Shown: positions 8,460-16,366 of the stretch, one piece after another
Numbering within the stretch: position 1 is the stretch's first letter
Layout: every line of letters starts with the position of its first letter
Notes under the pieces: model-generated
Seen by the model: the letters and a program-made list of their open reading frames with translations, nothing else
The model's database searches: none
What the model was told of the DNA's origin: nothing
Program-made: the position numbers and the translations under genes
Assembly: GCA_019239785.1 (NCBI GenBank)
Contig: JAFAZM010000183.1
Coordinates: 1-42,883 of the forward strand
Source of the DNA: Sphingomonadaceae bacterium
GTDB lineage: Bacteria; Pseudomonadota; Alphaproteobacteria; Sphingomonadales; Sphingomonadaceae
Direction: 5' to 3'
DNA length: 42,883 bases

Positions 8460-9098
8460 TCAAAACGGGCTGAGAATGGAGAAGAAGCGCTGCAGCCAGC
8501 CCTGGCGGCTGGCGCGGGAGATCTCGCCGCGGCCGACATAGTCGATCTGGGCGTCGGCGACGCGGGTCGAGGCGACCCTGTTGTCGGCGCTGATGTCGCC
8601 CGGCCGGACGATGCCGGCGACGCGGATGGTCTCGTTGCCGCGGTTGATGTGCAGCAATTTCTCGCCGCGCACCCGCATGTTGCCGTTGGGCAGCACCTCG
8701 GAGACGACGACGCTGATCTCGCCGACCAGGCTGTTCGACTGGCCGGTCTGGCCGTGCCCGGCGAAGGTCGAGTTGCCGCCCATCGACGCATCGGTGGGCG
8801 CGAACAGCGACAGCGGGCCGGTGGTCGGCGGGGTCAGGCCGATATTGCCGGCGCGGTCGGTGGCCGAGGTGCTGGTCGAGGTGCCCTGCGTCCGCTCGAC
8901 GAGGACGATGGTGATGACGTCGCCGACCTGGGCGGCGCGCTGGCCGCTGGTGAGCGGCGCATAGCCATATTGCGGCTGGAAGATCGCCCCGTTCGCCGCC
9001 GGTGGTGGCGGCGGCGGCGGCGGCGCCGGCGTGAAGACCGGCTGCGGGCCGTGGTGCGAGCAGAACAGGCAGGCGGCGATGAGGAAGGAGCCGGCCAT
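8460..9098 (-). CDS. flgH: Flagellar L-ring protein FlgH
   Basis: RAAQVGDVITIVLVE, EVLPNGNMRVRGEK, GIVRPGDISADN, GWLQRFF...SPF. Confidence 0.93.
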   Translation of the reverse strand: MAGSFLIAACLFCSHHGPQPVFTPAPPPPPPPPAANGAIFQPQYGYAPLTSGQRAAQVGDVITIVLVERTQGTSTSTSATDRAGNIGLTPPTTGPLSLFAPTDASMGGNSTFAGHGQTGQSNSLVGEISVVVSEVLPNGNMRVRGEKLLHINRGNETIRVAGIVRPGDISADNRVASTRVADAQIDYVGRGEISRASRQGWLQRFFSILSPF

Positions 9099-9100
9099 GA

Positions 9101-9889
9101 TCAGAGCTGCTGGTTCGCGTTGCGGAGCATCTCGTCGGTGGCCTGGACCATCTTCGAGTTCACCTCATAGGCGCGCTGCGTTTCGATCATGTCGACGAGC
9201 TCCTCGACGACGTTGACGTTCGAGCCTTCGAGCGCGCCCTGGCGGATCGTGCCGCGGCCTTCGAGCCCGGCGACGCCGGTCTGCGCCGAACCGCTCGCCG
9301 CGGTCTCGCCGTAGAGATTGTTGCCGAGCGCCTGCAGGCCGGCCGGATTGATGAAGCGCGAAATCTCGATCTTGCCGACCTCGGTCGCTTCGGCGCTGCC
9401 GGCGACGGTCGCGCTGACCGTGCCGTCGGTGCCGATCGTCACCGACTGGGCGCCGTCGGGAATCTGGATCTCCGGCTGCAGCGGCAGGCCGTCCGAGGTG
9501 ACGATCTTCCCTTCCGAGGAAAGGTGAAAATTGCCGGCGCGGGTGTAGGCGGTGCTGCCGTCCGGGCGCAGGATCTGGAAATAGCCCTGGCCTTCGATGG
9601 CGAGGTCGAACGGATTGCTGGTGCTGCTCAAGGCGCCCTGCGTGGTGACGCGGCCGGTGCCGGTCATCCTGACGCCGGTGCCGAGGTTGAGCCCGGTCGC
9701 ATATTGATTGTCCGCCGAGGAGCGCGCGCCGGCCGCGGTCACCGTCTGGTAGGCCAGGGTCGCGAATTCGGCGCGGTCGCGCTGGAAGCCGGTCGTGTTC
9801 ACGTTCGCCAGATTGTTGGCGATGATCCGCATCCGCTCGGACTGGGCGTCGAGCCCGGTGCGGGCGACCTGAAGGGCTGAATTGGACAT
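9101..9889 (-). CDS. flgG: Flagellar basal-body distal rod protein FlgG
   Basis: ARTGLDAQ...IANNLANVNTTGF and LEGSNVNVVEELVDMIETQRAYEVNSK. 262 aa. Confidence 0.95.
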   Translation of the reverse strand: MSNSALQVARTGLDAQSERMRIIANNLANVNTTGFQRDRAEFATLAYQTVTAAGARSSADNQYATGLNLGTGVRMTGTGRVTTQGALSSTSNPFDLAIEGQGYFQILRPDGSTAYTRAGNFHLSSEGKIVTSDGLPLQPEIQIPDGAQSVTIGTDGTVSATVAGSAEATEVGKIEISRFINPAGLQALGNNLYGETAASGSAQTGVAGLEGRGTIRQGALEGSNVNVVEELVDMIETQRAYEVNSKMVQATDEMLRNANQQL

Positions 9890-9910
9890 GGGTTTCTCCT
9901 GGAATTCGAA

Positions 9911-10654
9911 CTAGCTTGGCAGCCGCATCAGATCGGCCGCGGACGTGTCCATCTCGCGGGCCTGGGTCACCATCTGCAGCTGCATGTCCCACGACCGACT
10001 CGCCTCGATCATGTCGATCAGGGTCTGGCTGGTGTTGACGTTGGAGCCTTCGAGGCTGTGCGGGGTGAGCCGCGCATCCGGATCCGACGGCAGGGCGCCG
10101 CCGCCCATGACCCGGAACAGGCCGTTGACGCCCTTCTGGATGCGCGAGCCGGCCGGCGTCGCCAGCTTCAGCCGGTCGACCTGCTGCGGCTGGTTGGGAT
10201 CGCCGCCGGTGGGGACGATCCAGATCGCGCCGTCCTGGGCGATCCGCACCGAATCGGCGGGCGGCAGGGTCAGCGGACCGCCGTCGCCGAGGACGGGATG
10301 GCCGTCGCCGGTGGTGACCACGCCGGTCGGGCTGACCTGGAGGTCGCCGCGCCTCGTATAGGCTTCGCTGCCGTCCTCGGCCTGGACCGCGAGCAGGGCG
10401 TCCCCCTGCATCGCCACGTCCAGCTCCCGGCCGGTGTCGGTGACCGAGCCCGGGGCCATGTCGGCCGCCACCACCTGCTGCGAGGTCTCGACGCGCGATT
10501 CCAGCCCCGGCCCGCGCAGCCACAAAGCCTGCGCCGAGGACAACTCGGCGCGAAACCCGGTGGTGTTCGCATTGGCGAGGTTGTTCGCGGTCGTGGTCTG
10601 CCGCGCCATCGCGCCGCGCATCCCCGACAAGGCGGTGTAGATCAGCCTATCCAT
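9911..10654 (-). CDS. flgF: Flagellar basal-body rod protein FlgF
   Basis: MDRLIYTALSG...ANNLANANTTGFRA, EAYTRRGDL, LEGSNVN. Confidence 0.93.
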   Translation of the reverse strand: MDRLIYTALSGMRGAMARQTTTANNLANANTTGFRAELSSAQALWLRGPGLESRVETSQQVVAADMAPGSVTDTGRELDVAMQGDALLAVQAEDGSEAYTRRGDLQVSPTGVVTTGDGHPVLGDGGPLTLPPADSVRIAQDGAIWIVPTGGDPNQPQQVDRLKLATPAGSRIQKGVNGLFRVMGGGALPSDPDARLTPHSLEGSNVNTSQTLIDMIEASRSWDMQLQMVTQAREMDTSAADLMRLPS

Positions 10655-10680
10655 GGCTCAGGCTCCGGTCTCTCTCATCG

Positions 10681-11970
10681 TCAGCTGCGCAGGTTGATGA
10701 TCGACTGGTCCATCGAGTTGGCGGTCTCGATCGCCTTTGCGTTCGCCTGGAAGTTGCGCTGCGCAGCGATCAGGGAGACCAGCTCCTCGGTGATGTCGAC
10801 ATTGGCCCGCTCGAGCGCGCCGGTCTGGATTCGCCCGAAGGCGTCCGAGCCGGCCTCGCCGACGATCGCCGGGCCGCTGTTGCCGGTGATCGTCCAGCGG
10901 CCGTCGCCGCGCTGGCGAAGCCCGCCGGGGTTCGAGAAATTGGCGAGCAGCAATTTGCCGAGCGCCTGGGTGGTGCCGTCGGTGAAGCTGGCGGTGACCA
11001 GGCCGTTCTCGCCGATCGAGACGTCGGAGAGCTTCGCCGAGGCGATGCCGTCCTGGTCCAGCGAGGCGATGCTGAACGCGCCCGCCGCTTCCTTCGTCTG
11101 GGTGCCGAAATCGAGCGTCAGCGCGATCGGCGAGGAGGCGCCGGAGGGGAAGACGCTGCCGAAGGCGACCGGGCTGGTCGGCGAGGTGATCGTGCCGGCG
11201 GCATCGAAGGTGAGCTTGGCCGGCGTCGGCGTCGTCGCGCTGCCGGTCGAGGCCTCCTCGTCGCCGATGAACAGGTGCACGTCCCAGGTGTCGGCGGAAT
11301 CGCCGGCAGCGGTCGAGCCGGTGCGGACGAAATAGAGGGTCGCCGATTGGGCGTTGCCCGAATTGTCGTAGACCGTGGTCTGCTGCGAATAATTGTAGCT
11401 GTTCGGATCCAGCCGGTCGAAGACATAGGGCTGGGCCGGGCTGTAGACCGCCCGCGCCGCCGGCTTGTCGGCCGTGCTCGGCAGGTTCGCGGCAAGCGTC
11501 ACCAAAGTGGTCTGGCGCGGCGTGCCCGAGGTCATCGGCAGCTGTAAATTCTGCGAGGATTCGAGGCCGGTCGCGGTGACATGGCCGTCGGCATCGACCG
11601 GCAGGACCTGAATATAGCCGCCGTTCGAATCCTTGAGGTAGCGCTGGCCGTCCACCGAGAGCGAGCCGTTGCGCGAGAAGTAGGTGGTGCCGCCGGTCAG
11701 CGCGTCGCGGGTCACGAAGAAGCCGGAGCCGCTGATCGCGAGGTCGAGGTCGCGGGCCGAGGTTTCGAAACCGCCCTGCGTGAATTCCTGCTCGATCCCC
11801 TTCAGCCGCGTGCCCTGCCCCGCCGTCGTGGCCGAGGCCGGCATGATGTCGCCGAACTGGGCGCGGCTCCGCTTGAAGCCGATCGAGCCGACATTGGCGA
11901 TGTTGTTCGAGATGGTCGAAAGATCGGTCTGCGCGCCGCGGAGGCCGGAGAGCGAGGTGTAGAAGGACAT
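10681..11970 (-). CDS. flgE: Flagellar hook protein FlgE
   Basis: MSFYTSLSGL...ISNNIANV, DLAISGSGFF, LERANVDITEELVSLIAAQRNFQANAK. Confidence 0.95.
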   Translation of the reverse strand: MSFYTSLSGLRGAQTDLSTISNNIANVGSIGFKRSRAQFGDIMPASATTAGQGTRLKGIEQEFTQGGFETSARDLDLAISGSGFFVTRDALTGGTTYFSRNGSLSVDGQRYLKDSNGGYIQVLPVDADGHVTATGLESSQNLQLPMTSGTPRQTTLVTLAANLPSTADKPAARAVYSPAQPYVFDRLDPNSYNYSQQTTVYDNSGNAQSATLYFVRTGSTAAGDSADTWDVHLFIGDEEASTGSATTPTPAKLTFDAAGTITSPTSPVAFGSVFPSGASSPIALTLDFGTQTKEAAGAFSIASLDQDGIASAKLSDVSIGENGLVTASFTDGTTQALGKLLLANFSNPGGLRQRGDGRWTITGNSGPAIVGEAGSDAFGRIQTGALERANVDITEELVSLIAAQRNFQANAKAIETANSMDQSIINLRS

Positions 11971-11994
11971 GGGGGTACTCCTTGGGGGCTGAGG

Positions 11995-12687
11995 TCAGGC
12001 GAGGCGGATGGCGGCGGTTGGATCGAGCAGGCCGAGGCCGGTCACGAGCTTGGTTTCGCCGCCGTTGGAGGGGGATTGGATGCCGCCGATTGCGGTCCAG
12101 GTCGCGGTCGCCACATTGCTGGTCTGGCCGTTGCGGCTGGCGGTGACGACGAGCCGCAGCGGCCGGTCGGCGACGGTGGCGCCGTTCGCATCCTTGCCGT
12201 CCCAGGCGAAGGAGATGTCGCCCGCCTGCTGCGCGCCCAGGGTCTCGCTGTGGACGACCGCGCCGTTGGCGTCGACGAAGTTGACGTTGACCTGGTCGGC
12301 CGGGTTGGCGAGCGTGAACTGGCCGGCATAGGAGCCGTCGCGCAAAGGCGTGGCGATGTCGGAGGTGACCAGCATCGAATGGCCGATCCAGCTCGCCGCG
12401 TCGGAGAGCCGGCTGCCGCCAAGCGAGGCGGCGATCGTCTGCAGGCTCTGGTTCATCTGGGCAATGCCGGCGACCTGCGAGAATTGCGCCATCTGGGCGA
12501 CCATCTGGGTGTTGTCGACCGGATTGAACGGATCCTGGGTGGTGAGCTGCGTGGTCATCAGCTTCAGGAAATCGTTCTGGTTCAGCGAGCCGGCGGCCGA
12601 GGCGGCCGCGGTCGCGTTCGCCCCCGCGCCGGTCGCGGGCGTCGTGGGCACGTTGTGGGCGTTGTTGATCGTGTCGATAATGCTCAT
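11995..12687 (-). CDS. flgD: Flagellar hook capping protein FlgD
   Basis: FLKLMTTQLTTQDPFNPVDNTQMVAQMAQFS and FAWDGKDANG. Confidence 0.93.
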   Translation of the reverse strand: MSIIDTINNAHNVPTTPATGAGANATAAASAAGSLNQNDFLKLMTTQLTTQDPFNPVDNTQMVAQMAQFSQVAGIAQMNQSLQTIAASLGGSRLSDAASWIGHSMLVTSDIATPLRDGSYAGQFTLANPADQVNVNFVDANGAVVHSETLGAQQAGDISFAWDGKDANGATVADRPLRLVVTASRNGQTSNVATATWTAIGGIQSPSNGGETKLVTGLGLLDPTAAIRLA

Positions 12688-13088
12688 TGTCCGAGCCTCA
12701 AAGTGTCGAGGGTGAGGGTCTTGGCGGTCTGGAGGACCTGCACGTTGTTCTGATATTGGCGGGCGGTCTCGACCATATCGATCAGCTCCGCCGCGCTATC
12801 GACGCCGGCATCCCAGACGTCGCCATTGGCGTCGGCCAGCGGATGGCTGGGGTCGTGGCGCCGGGTCGGCTCGATGCCGGCCTGGACGACGCGGTCGACC
12901 GCCACGGTGGCGACGCCGGGGCTGTCCTCGACGGTGCGGAAGACCGGGCGGAGCGCGCGGAACGCGCCCTCGCGGGTGCCCGACACGGAGCCTGCATTGG
13001 CGAGGTTCGAGGCGGTCGTGTTCAGCCGCACCAGCTGCGCCGACATGGCGCGGCCGGCGATGTCGAACACCGACATGGGCCGGGTCAT
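12684..13088 (-). CDS. flgC: Flagellar rod protein FlgC
   Basis: FDIAGRAMSAQLVRLNTTASNLANA, HDPSHPLADANG, ARQYQNNVQV. Start chosen from the AGGAG spacing; 13094 is also possible. Confidence 0.93.
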   Translation of the reverse strand: MTRPMSVFDIAGRAMSAQLVRLNTTASNLANAGSVSGTREGAFRALRPVFRTVEDSPGVATVAVDRVVQAGIEPTRRHDPSHPLADANGDVWDAGVDSAAELIDMVETARQYQNNVQVLQTAKTLTLDTLRLGQ

Positions 13089-13090
13089 CG

Positions 13091-13444
13091 TCATTCTCCT
13101 TTCCAGGCGCGGCGGATCGTCGAGATCCGCCCTTCGAGGAAGGAGAGCGTCGCGCGATACTGGACCGCATTCTCCGCGAAGAGGGTCTGCTCGGTGGAGA
13201 GCTCGACGGTGTTGCCGTCCAGCGACGGCGTCGTCGGCACGCGATAGGCGACCGCCTCGTTCGCCGCCTGGTCGGCGTCGTAGCCGCGCGAGGCGAGCGA
13301 GAGCGCGCGATCGAAGTCGATGTCGCGCGCGCGGTAGCCCGGCGTCGCCGCGTTGGCGATGTTGGAGGCGAGCAGGTTGAGCCGCTGGGAGCGGAGCCGC
13401 AATGCGGTCCCGTCGATGCCGAAAAGGCCGTCGCCTTGTGCCAT
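13091..13444 (-). CDS. flgB: Flagellar rod protein FlgB
   Basis: LLASNIANAATPGYRARDIDF and SLDGNTVE. RBS GAGGAG precedes the ATG at 13444. Confidence 0.93.
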   Translation of the reverse strand: MAQGDGLFGIDGTALRLRSQRLNLLASNIANAATPGYRARDIDFDRALSLASRGYDADQAANEAVAYRVPTTPSLDGNTVELSTEQTLFAENAVQYRATLSFLEGRISTIRRAWKGE

Positions 13445-13514
13445 CCCGAACTCCTCTAAAGCTTCGCCCCGGCCCGCCGTTAATTTGACACAGCAAGGGC
13501 GCCCGCTTGGTCGA

Positions 13515-13531
13515 AGCAATGATCGTGCCAA
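13515..13531 (-). promoter_or_regulatory. sigma54 -24/-12 promoter for the flgB operon
   Basis: Minus strand TTGGCACGATCATTGCT is a near-perfect match to TGGCACG-N4-TTGC, about 70 bp upstream of flgB. Confidence 0.85.
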
Positions 13532-13583
13532 TCCCGGTGCATGCTTCGCGGGCGCCCTTGCGCCGCGGGAACGGGGCAGAGAG

Positions 13584-13621
13584 CCGGCAAATCCTTGCCG
13601 GGACCGGCAAATCTTTGCCGG
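13584..13621. promoter_or_regulatory. Tandem palindromic sites, candidate enhancer (UAS) for a sigma54 activator
   Basis: CCGGCAAATCCTTGCCGG (13584-13601) and CCGGCAAATCTTTGCCGG (13604-13621), 20-bp period, upstream of the flgB sigma54 box. Confidence 0.6.
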
Positions 13622-13636
13622 AGGCGGGAGGGACGC

Positions 13637-14317
13637 GTGATCGAGTTCTTTGATCGTTTTTTCGACCCTCTCGCCTTCTCGCTCGTGGTCGGCGGCACCG
13701 CGCTGGCCACCTGGATCTCGGCCACCGGCAAAGACGGCGCCAGCGGCTTCGCGGCCTTGGCCCCTTTCTTCCGCGCCCGTCCCGCACGCGACGCCGAGAC
13801 CGCCGACCGCGCGGTCCGCAGGATCCAGCACCTCTCCGAATATAAAGGGACGTTCTGCGCCGACCGGGTGAAGACTCCGGTGGACTTCGTCCATCGCGCC
13901 GCCTGCCGGCTCGCCGATGCCGGCCGCGCCGAGGATTTCGCGACCTGGGCGCGCGAGGAGATGGAGGACCGCCGCGCCCGCCACGCCGCGGCGATCGGGC
14001 TCTGGCGCCACGCCGCCGAGGTCGCGCCGGCAATGGGGATGATCGGCACCGTGATCGGCCTGATCGCAATGTTCGCGCGGATGAACGACCCGGCCGCGAT
14101 GGCGCCGGCGCTGGCGGTGGCGATGCTCACCACGCTCTACGGCCTGGTCCTCGCCTTCGGCATTTGCGGGCCCGTCGCGGCGCGGCTGCAGCGCCTCTCC
14201 GACGCCGAATGCGCCTGGCAGGCGCGCACCGTCGAGCGGCTCGTCGCGCTCGCGCGCGCGGAGGAGGAGATGGCACAGGACGCCTGGCAGCTGCGCCGGC
14301 TCCGGCGGGCGGGATGA
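13637..14317 (+). CDS. Second, N-terminally shortened MotA/PomA-like (MotA/TolQ/ExbB channel) protein
   Basis: GTG start after GGGAGG. DPLAFSLVVGGT (TM2-like) and APAMGMIGTVIGLIAM...DPAAMAPALAVAMLTTLYG (TM3-TM4 of PomA/MotA). Confidence 0.8.
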   Translation: MIEFFDRFFDPLAFSLVVGGTALATWISATGKDGASGFAALAPFFRARPARDAETADRAVRRIQHLSEYKGTFCADRVKTPVDFVHRAACRLADAGRAEDFATWAREEMEDRRARHAAAIGLWRHAAEVAPAMGMIGTVIGLIAMFARMNDPAAMAPALAVAMLTTLYGLVLAFGICGPVAARLQRLSDAECAWQARTVERLVALARAEEEMAQDAWQLRRLRRAG

Positions 14318-14751
14318 GCGCTGTCCCGGCGCCGCGCTGGGCGGTGAGCTTCGCCGACCTGCTGCTGCTGCTGCTCGGCTGCTTCGTGATGCTGAACGCG
14401 ATGCAGGCGGCGCGCCACGGCAGCGCAGCGGCGGCCGCGCCCGCACCAGGCGCAGGCGAATATCGCGCCGCCGACCTGTTCCAGCCCGGCGAGGCGCTGC
14501 TGAAGCCCGAGGCGCTGGCGCGGCTGCAGGCGGAGGGGCGCCGCCTGGCCGGCCGTCCGCTTCGCATCGTCAGCACCGGCAGCGCCGAGGCCGGCAGCCG
14601 GCTCGACCGCTTCGAGCTCAGCGCGGCGCGGGCGGCCGCGGTCGGCCGGGCGCTGCAGCAGGGCGGCGTCCGCGAGGGCGACGTCGCCATCGCGATGGCC
14701 GAGGCGGCAAGCCCCGCGGAGAGCCAGCACCTGGCAATTTCGCAGCGCTGA
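14314..14751 (+). CDS. Second, short MotB-like protein with degenerate OmpA-like domain
   Basis: WAVSFADLLLLLLGCFVML TM motif and ELSAARAAAV. ATGA overlap with the upstream gene. Confidence 0.75.
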   Translation: MSAVPAPRWAVSFADLLLLLLGCFVMLNAMQAARHGSAAAAAPAPGAGEYRAADLFQPGEALLKPEALARLQAEGRRLAGRPLRIVSTGSAEAGSRLDRFELSAARAAAVGRALQQGGVREGDVAIAMAEAASPAESQHLAISQR

Positions 14752-14761
14752 CCCAATAATT

Positions 14762-14904
14762 CCTCCCCTGAAAGGGGAGGGGGACCGGCCGTAGCCGCAG
14801 GCGGAGGGCGGTGGAGGGGTATCAGCGTCTGCGGACTTGCTTCGAGCGCTGATACCCCACCACCACCGCCTTCGGCGGCGGTCCCCCTCCCCTTTCAGGG
14901 GAGG
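14762..14904. repeat. Long inverted repeat of the CCTCCCC-N-GGGGAGG family
   Basis: Perfect terminal arms cctcccctgaaaggggagg / cctcccctttcaggggagg and inner arms ggggtatcagcg / cgctgatacccc. Confidence 0.8.
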
Positions 14905-14931
14905 TTTGCTGCCCTCTCCTCGCAGGCCAAT

Positions 14932-14948
14932 TTGGCACGGCCATTGCT
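14932..14948 (+). promoter_or_regulatory. sigma54 promoter for flgA
   Basis: TTGGCACGGCCATTGCT, about 30 bp upstream of the flgA start. Confidence 0.85.
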
Positions 14949-14979
14949 ACGCTCGCTCCGAAACAGCGGAGTGATCGTG

Positions 14980-15516
14980 ATGGTGCCAAATTTCCGACGC
15001 CCAATGGAGCTCGGCGTCCTGCTGTGCGCATGCGCCGCCGCGCCGCTGTCGGCGCAGGGGTTCGAGAATCTGGACCGGCTCGACATCCGCGTCGCCGCCG
15101 CGCTCGGCGCCAATGTCGGCGAGCCGGGCGGCCCCGCCGCGCCGCTCGACCGGCGCCTGCGTCTCGCCGCCTGTCCGCAGCCGGCCGAGATCGGCGAGCC
15201 GGCGCTCGGCGCCGTCACCATACGCTGCCAGCCGCTCGGCTGGCGGATCCGCGTGCCGCTCGTCGCGGCGCCGCAGGCCCAGGCGCCGGCGCGCAGTGCC
15301 GACGCCGCGCCCGCCCGCGCCGCGCCGGTGATCCGCCGCGGCGACCAGATTCAGCTGGTCGCGATCAGCGCCGCCTTCACCGTCAGCACGCTCGCGGTGG
15401 CGGAGCAGGACGGCGCGCCCGGCGATCGGATTCGCGTCCGCACCGAGCATCGCACCGCGCCGGTGATCGGCCTCGTCCTCGACGACGGCCGGGTCGCGCT
15501 GCCGGGATTTAATTAA
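14980..15516 (+). CDS. flgA: P-ring formation chaperone FlgA (short form)
   Basis: Signal peptide, LDRRLRLAACP, CQPLGWRIRVP, PVIRRGDQI...AEQDGAPGDRIRV. Upstream of flgM. Confidence 0.85.
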   Translation: MVPNFRRPMELGVLLCACAAAPLSAQGFENLDRLDIRVAAALGANVGEPGGPAAPLDRRLRLAACPQPAEIGEPALGAVTIRCQPLGWRIRVPLVAAPQAQAPARSADAAPARAAPVIRRGDQIQLVAISAAFTVSTLAVAEQDGAPGDRIRVRTEHRTAPVIGLVLDDGRVALPGFN

Positions 15517-15535
15517 TCGTGAAGGCGGCCGTTAT
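15509..15535 (+). promoter_or_regulatory. Putative sigma28 promoter for flgM-flgN
   Basis: TTAA-N15-GCCGTTAT overlapping the flgA stop. An internal sigma28 promoter before flgM is the classical arrangement. Confidence 0.6.
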
Positions 15536-15578
15536 CAGAGGCGAAGGTCTCGGCCTGGTCGCGTGAAAGGATGTTGAG

Positions 15579-15848
15579 ATGATCGACGGAGTGGGCAAAA
15601 GCGGGACCGGCGCGATCGGCCCGGGACGCGCCGAGAAGGGCTCGAGCCTCGCCCCCGTCGCCGGTCCGGCCGCCCGCGGCGCCGATGGCCCCGTGCAGAG
15701 CGCGGTGCTCGGCCTCGTCGCCGGCGGCGCCCCGGTCGATTCCGCAAAGGTCGCCGCGATCCGCACCGCAATCGCCGAGGGGCGCTATCCGGTCGACGCG
15801 AACCGGATCGCCGAGCGCATGATCGCGCTCGACCTGCCGCAGCGCTGA
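15579..15848 (+). CDS. flgM: Anti-sigma28 factor FlgM
   Basis: PVDSAKVAAIRTAIAEGRYPVDANRIAERMI. Confidence 0.9.
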   Translation: MIDGVGKSGTGAIGPGRAEKGSSLAPVAGPAARGADGPVQSAVLGLVAGGAPVDSAKVAAIRTAIAEGRYPVDANRIAERMIALDLPQR

Positions 15849-16159
15849 TGAGCCTCGCCCTCCTCGACCGGCTCGCCGCCTGCCACGAGGCGCTGATCCG
15901 CGCGCTCGACGGCGACGATCTGCACGCGATAGAGGGCGCGACGCTGGCGCTCGCCGACGCCGTCGCCTCGGCGCGCGCGCAGCAGGAATGGGCGAGCTCG
16001 CCCGAGCTTCGCGAGCGGCTGCTGACCCTCGCCGCTTTGGCCCAGGCCGCGCAGATCCGAGTCAATTTTCTGACGGACACGATCCGCCGCCGAGTCAATG
16101 CCATGGCCGCCCTGCGCGGGGCCGAGCCGGCGATGACCTATCATCCGGGCGGGCGCTGA
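15848..16159 (+). CDS. flgN: FlgN-like export chaperone
   Basis: Small helical protein overlapping the flgM stop (TGATG), ending in a TY motif. Assignment rests mainly on position. Confidence 0.55.
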   Translation: MSLALLDRLAACHEALIRALDGDDLHAIEGATLALADAVASARAQQEWASSPELRERLLTLAALAQAAQIRVNFLTDTIRRRVNAMAALRGAEPAMTYHPGGR

Positions 16160-16168
16160 CCTTTCATT

Positions 16169-16294
16169 CGTCATCCCGACTTGATCCGGGATTGAAGCTC
16201 GGCCCGGCCACCCCCACAGCCGACCCCTGAACACCCAACCTCGCGAACTCCCTCAGTCCGTGTTCATGGATCCTGAAACGAGTTCAGGATGACG
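16169..16294. repeat. Palindromic REP-like element (same family as 1242-1361)
   Basis: cgtcatcccgacttgatccgggat...tgaacac...gtgttcatggatcctgaaacgagttcaggatgacg. Confidence 0.75.
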
Positions 16295-16321
16295 GGGCGG
16301 CCTGACGGCCTGCTCCGTCAC

Positions 16322-16338
16322 TTGGCACGCTCCTTGCG
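16322..16338 (+). promoter_or_regulatory. sigma54 promoter for slt-flhA-fleN-fliA and probably the downstream cassette
   Basis: TTGGCACGCTCCTTGCG, about 30 bp upstream of the ATG at 16367. Confidence 0.8.
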
Positions 16339-16366
16339 ATGATGCCCCGGCAACGAAAGGGGCGTC

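Noticed and set aside
13584-13621. GGCA...TTGC palindromes as additional sigma54 promoters
   Set aside because: GG-to-GC spacing is 9 nt instead of the obligatory 10, and the symmetry fits an activator site better.
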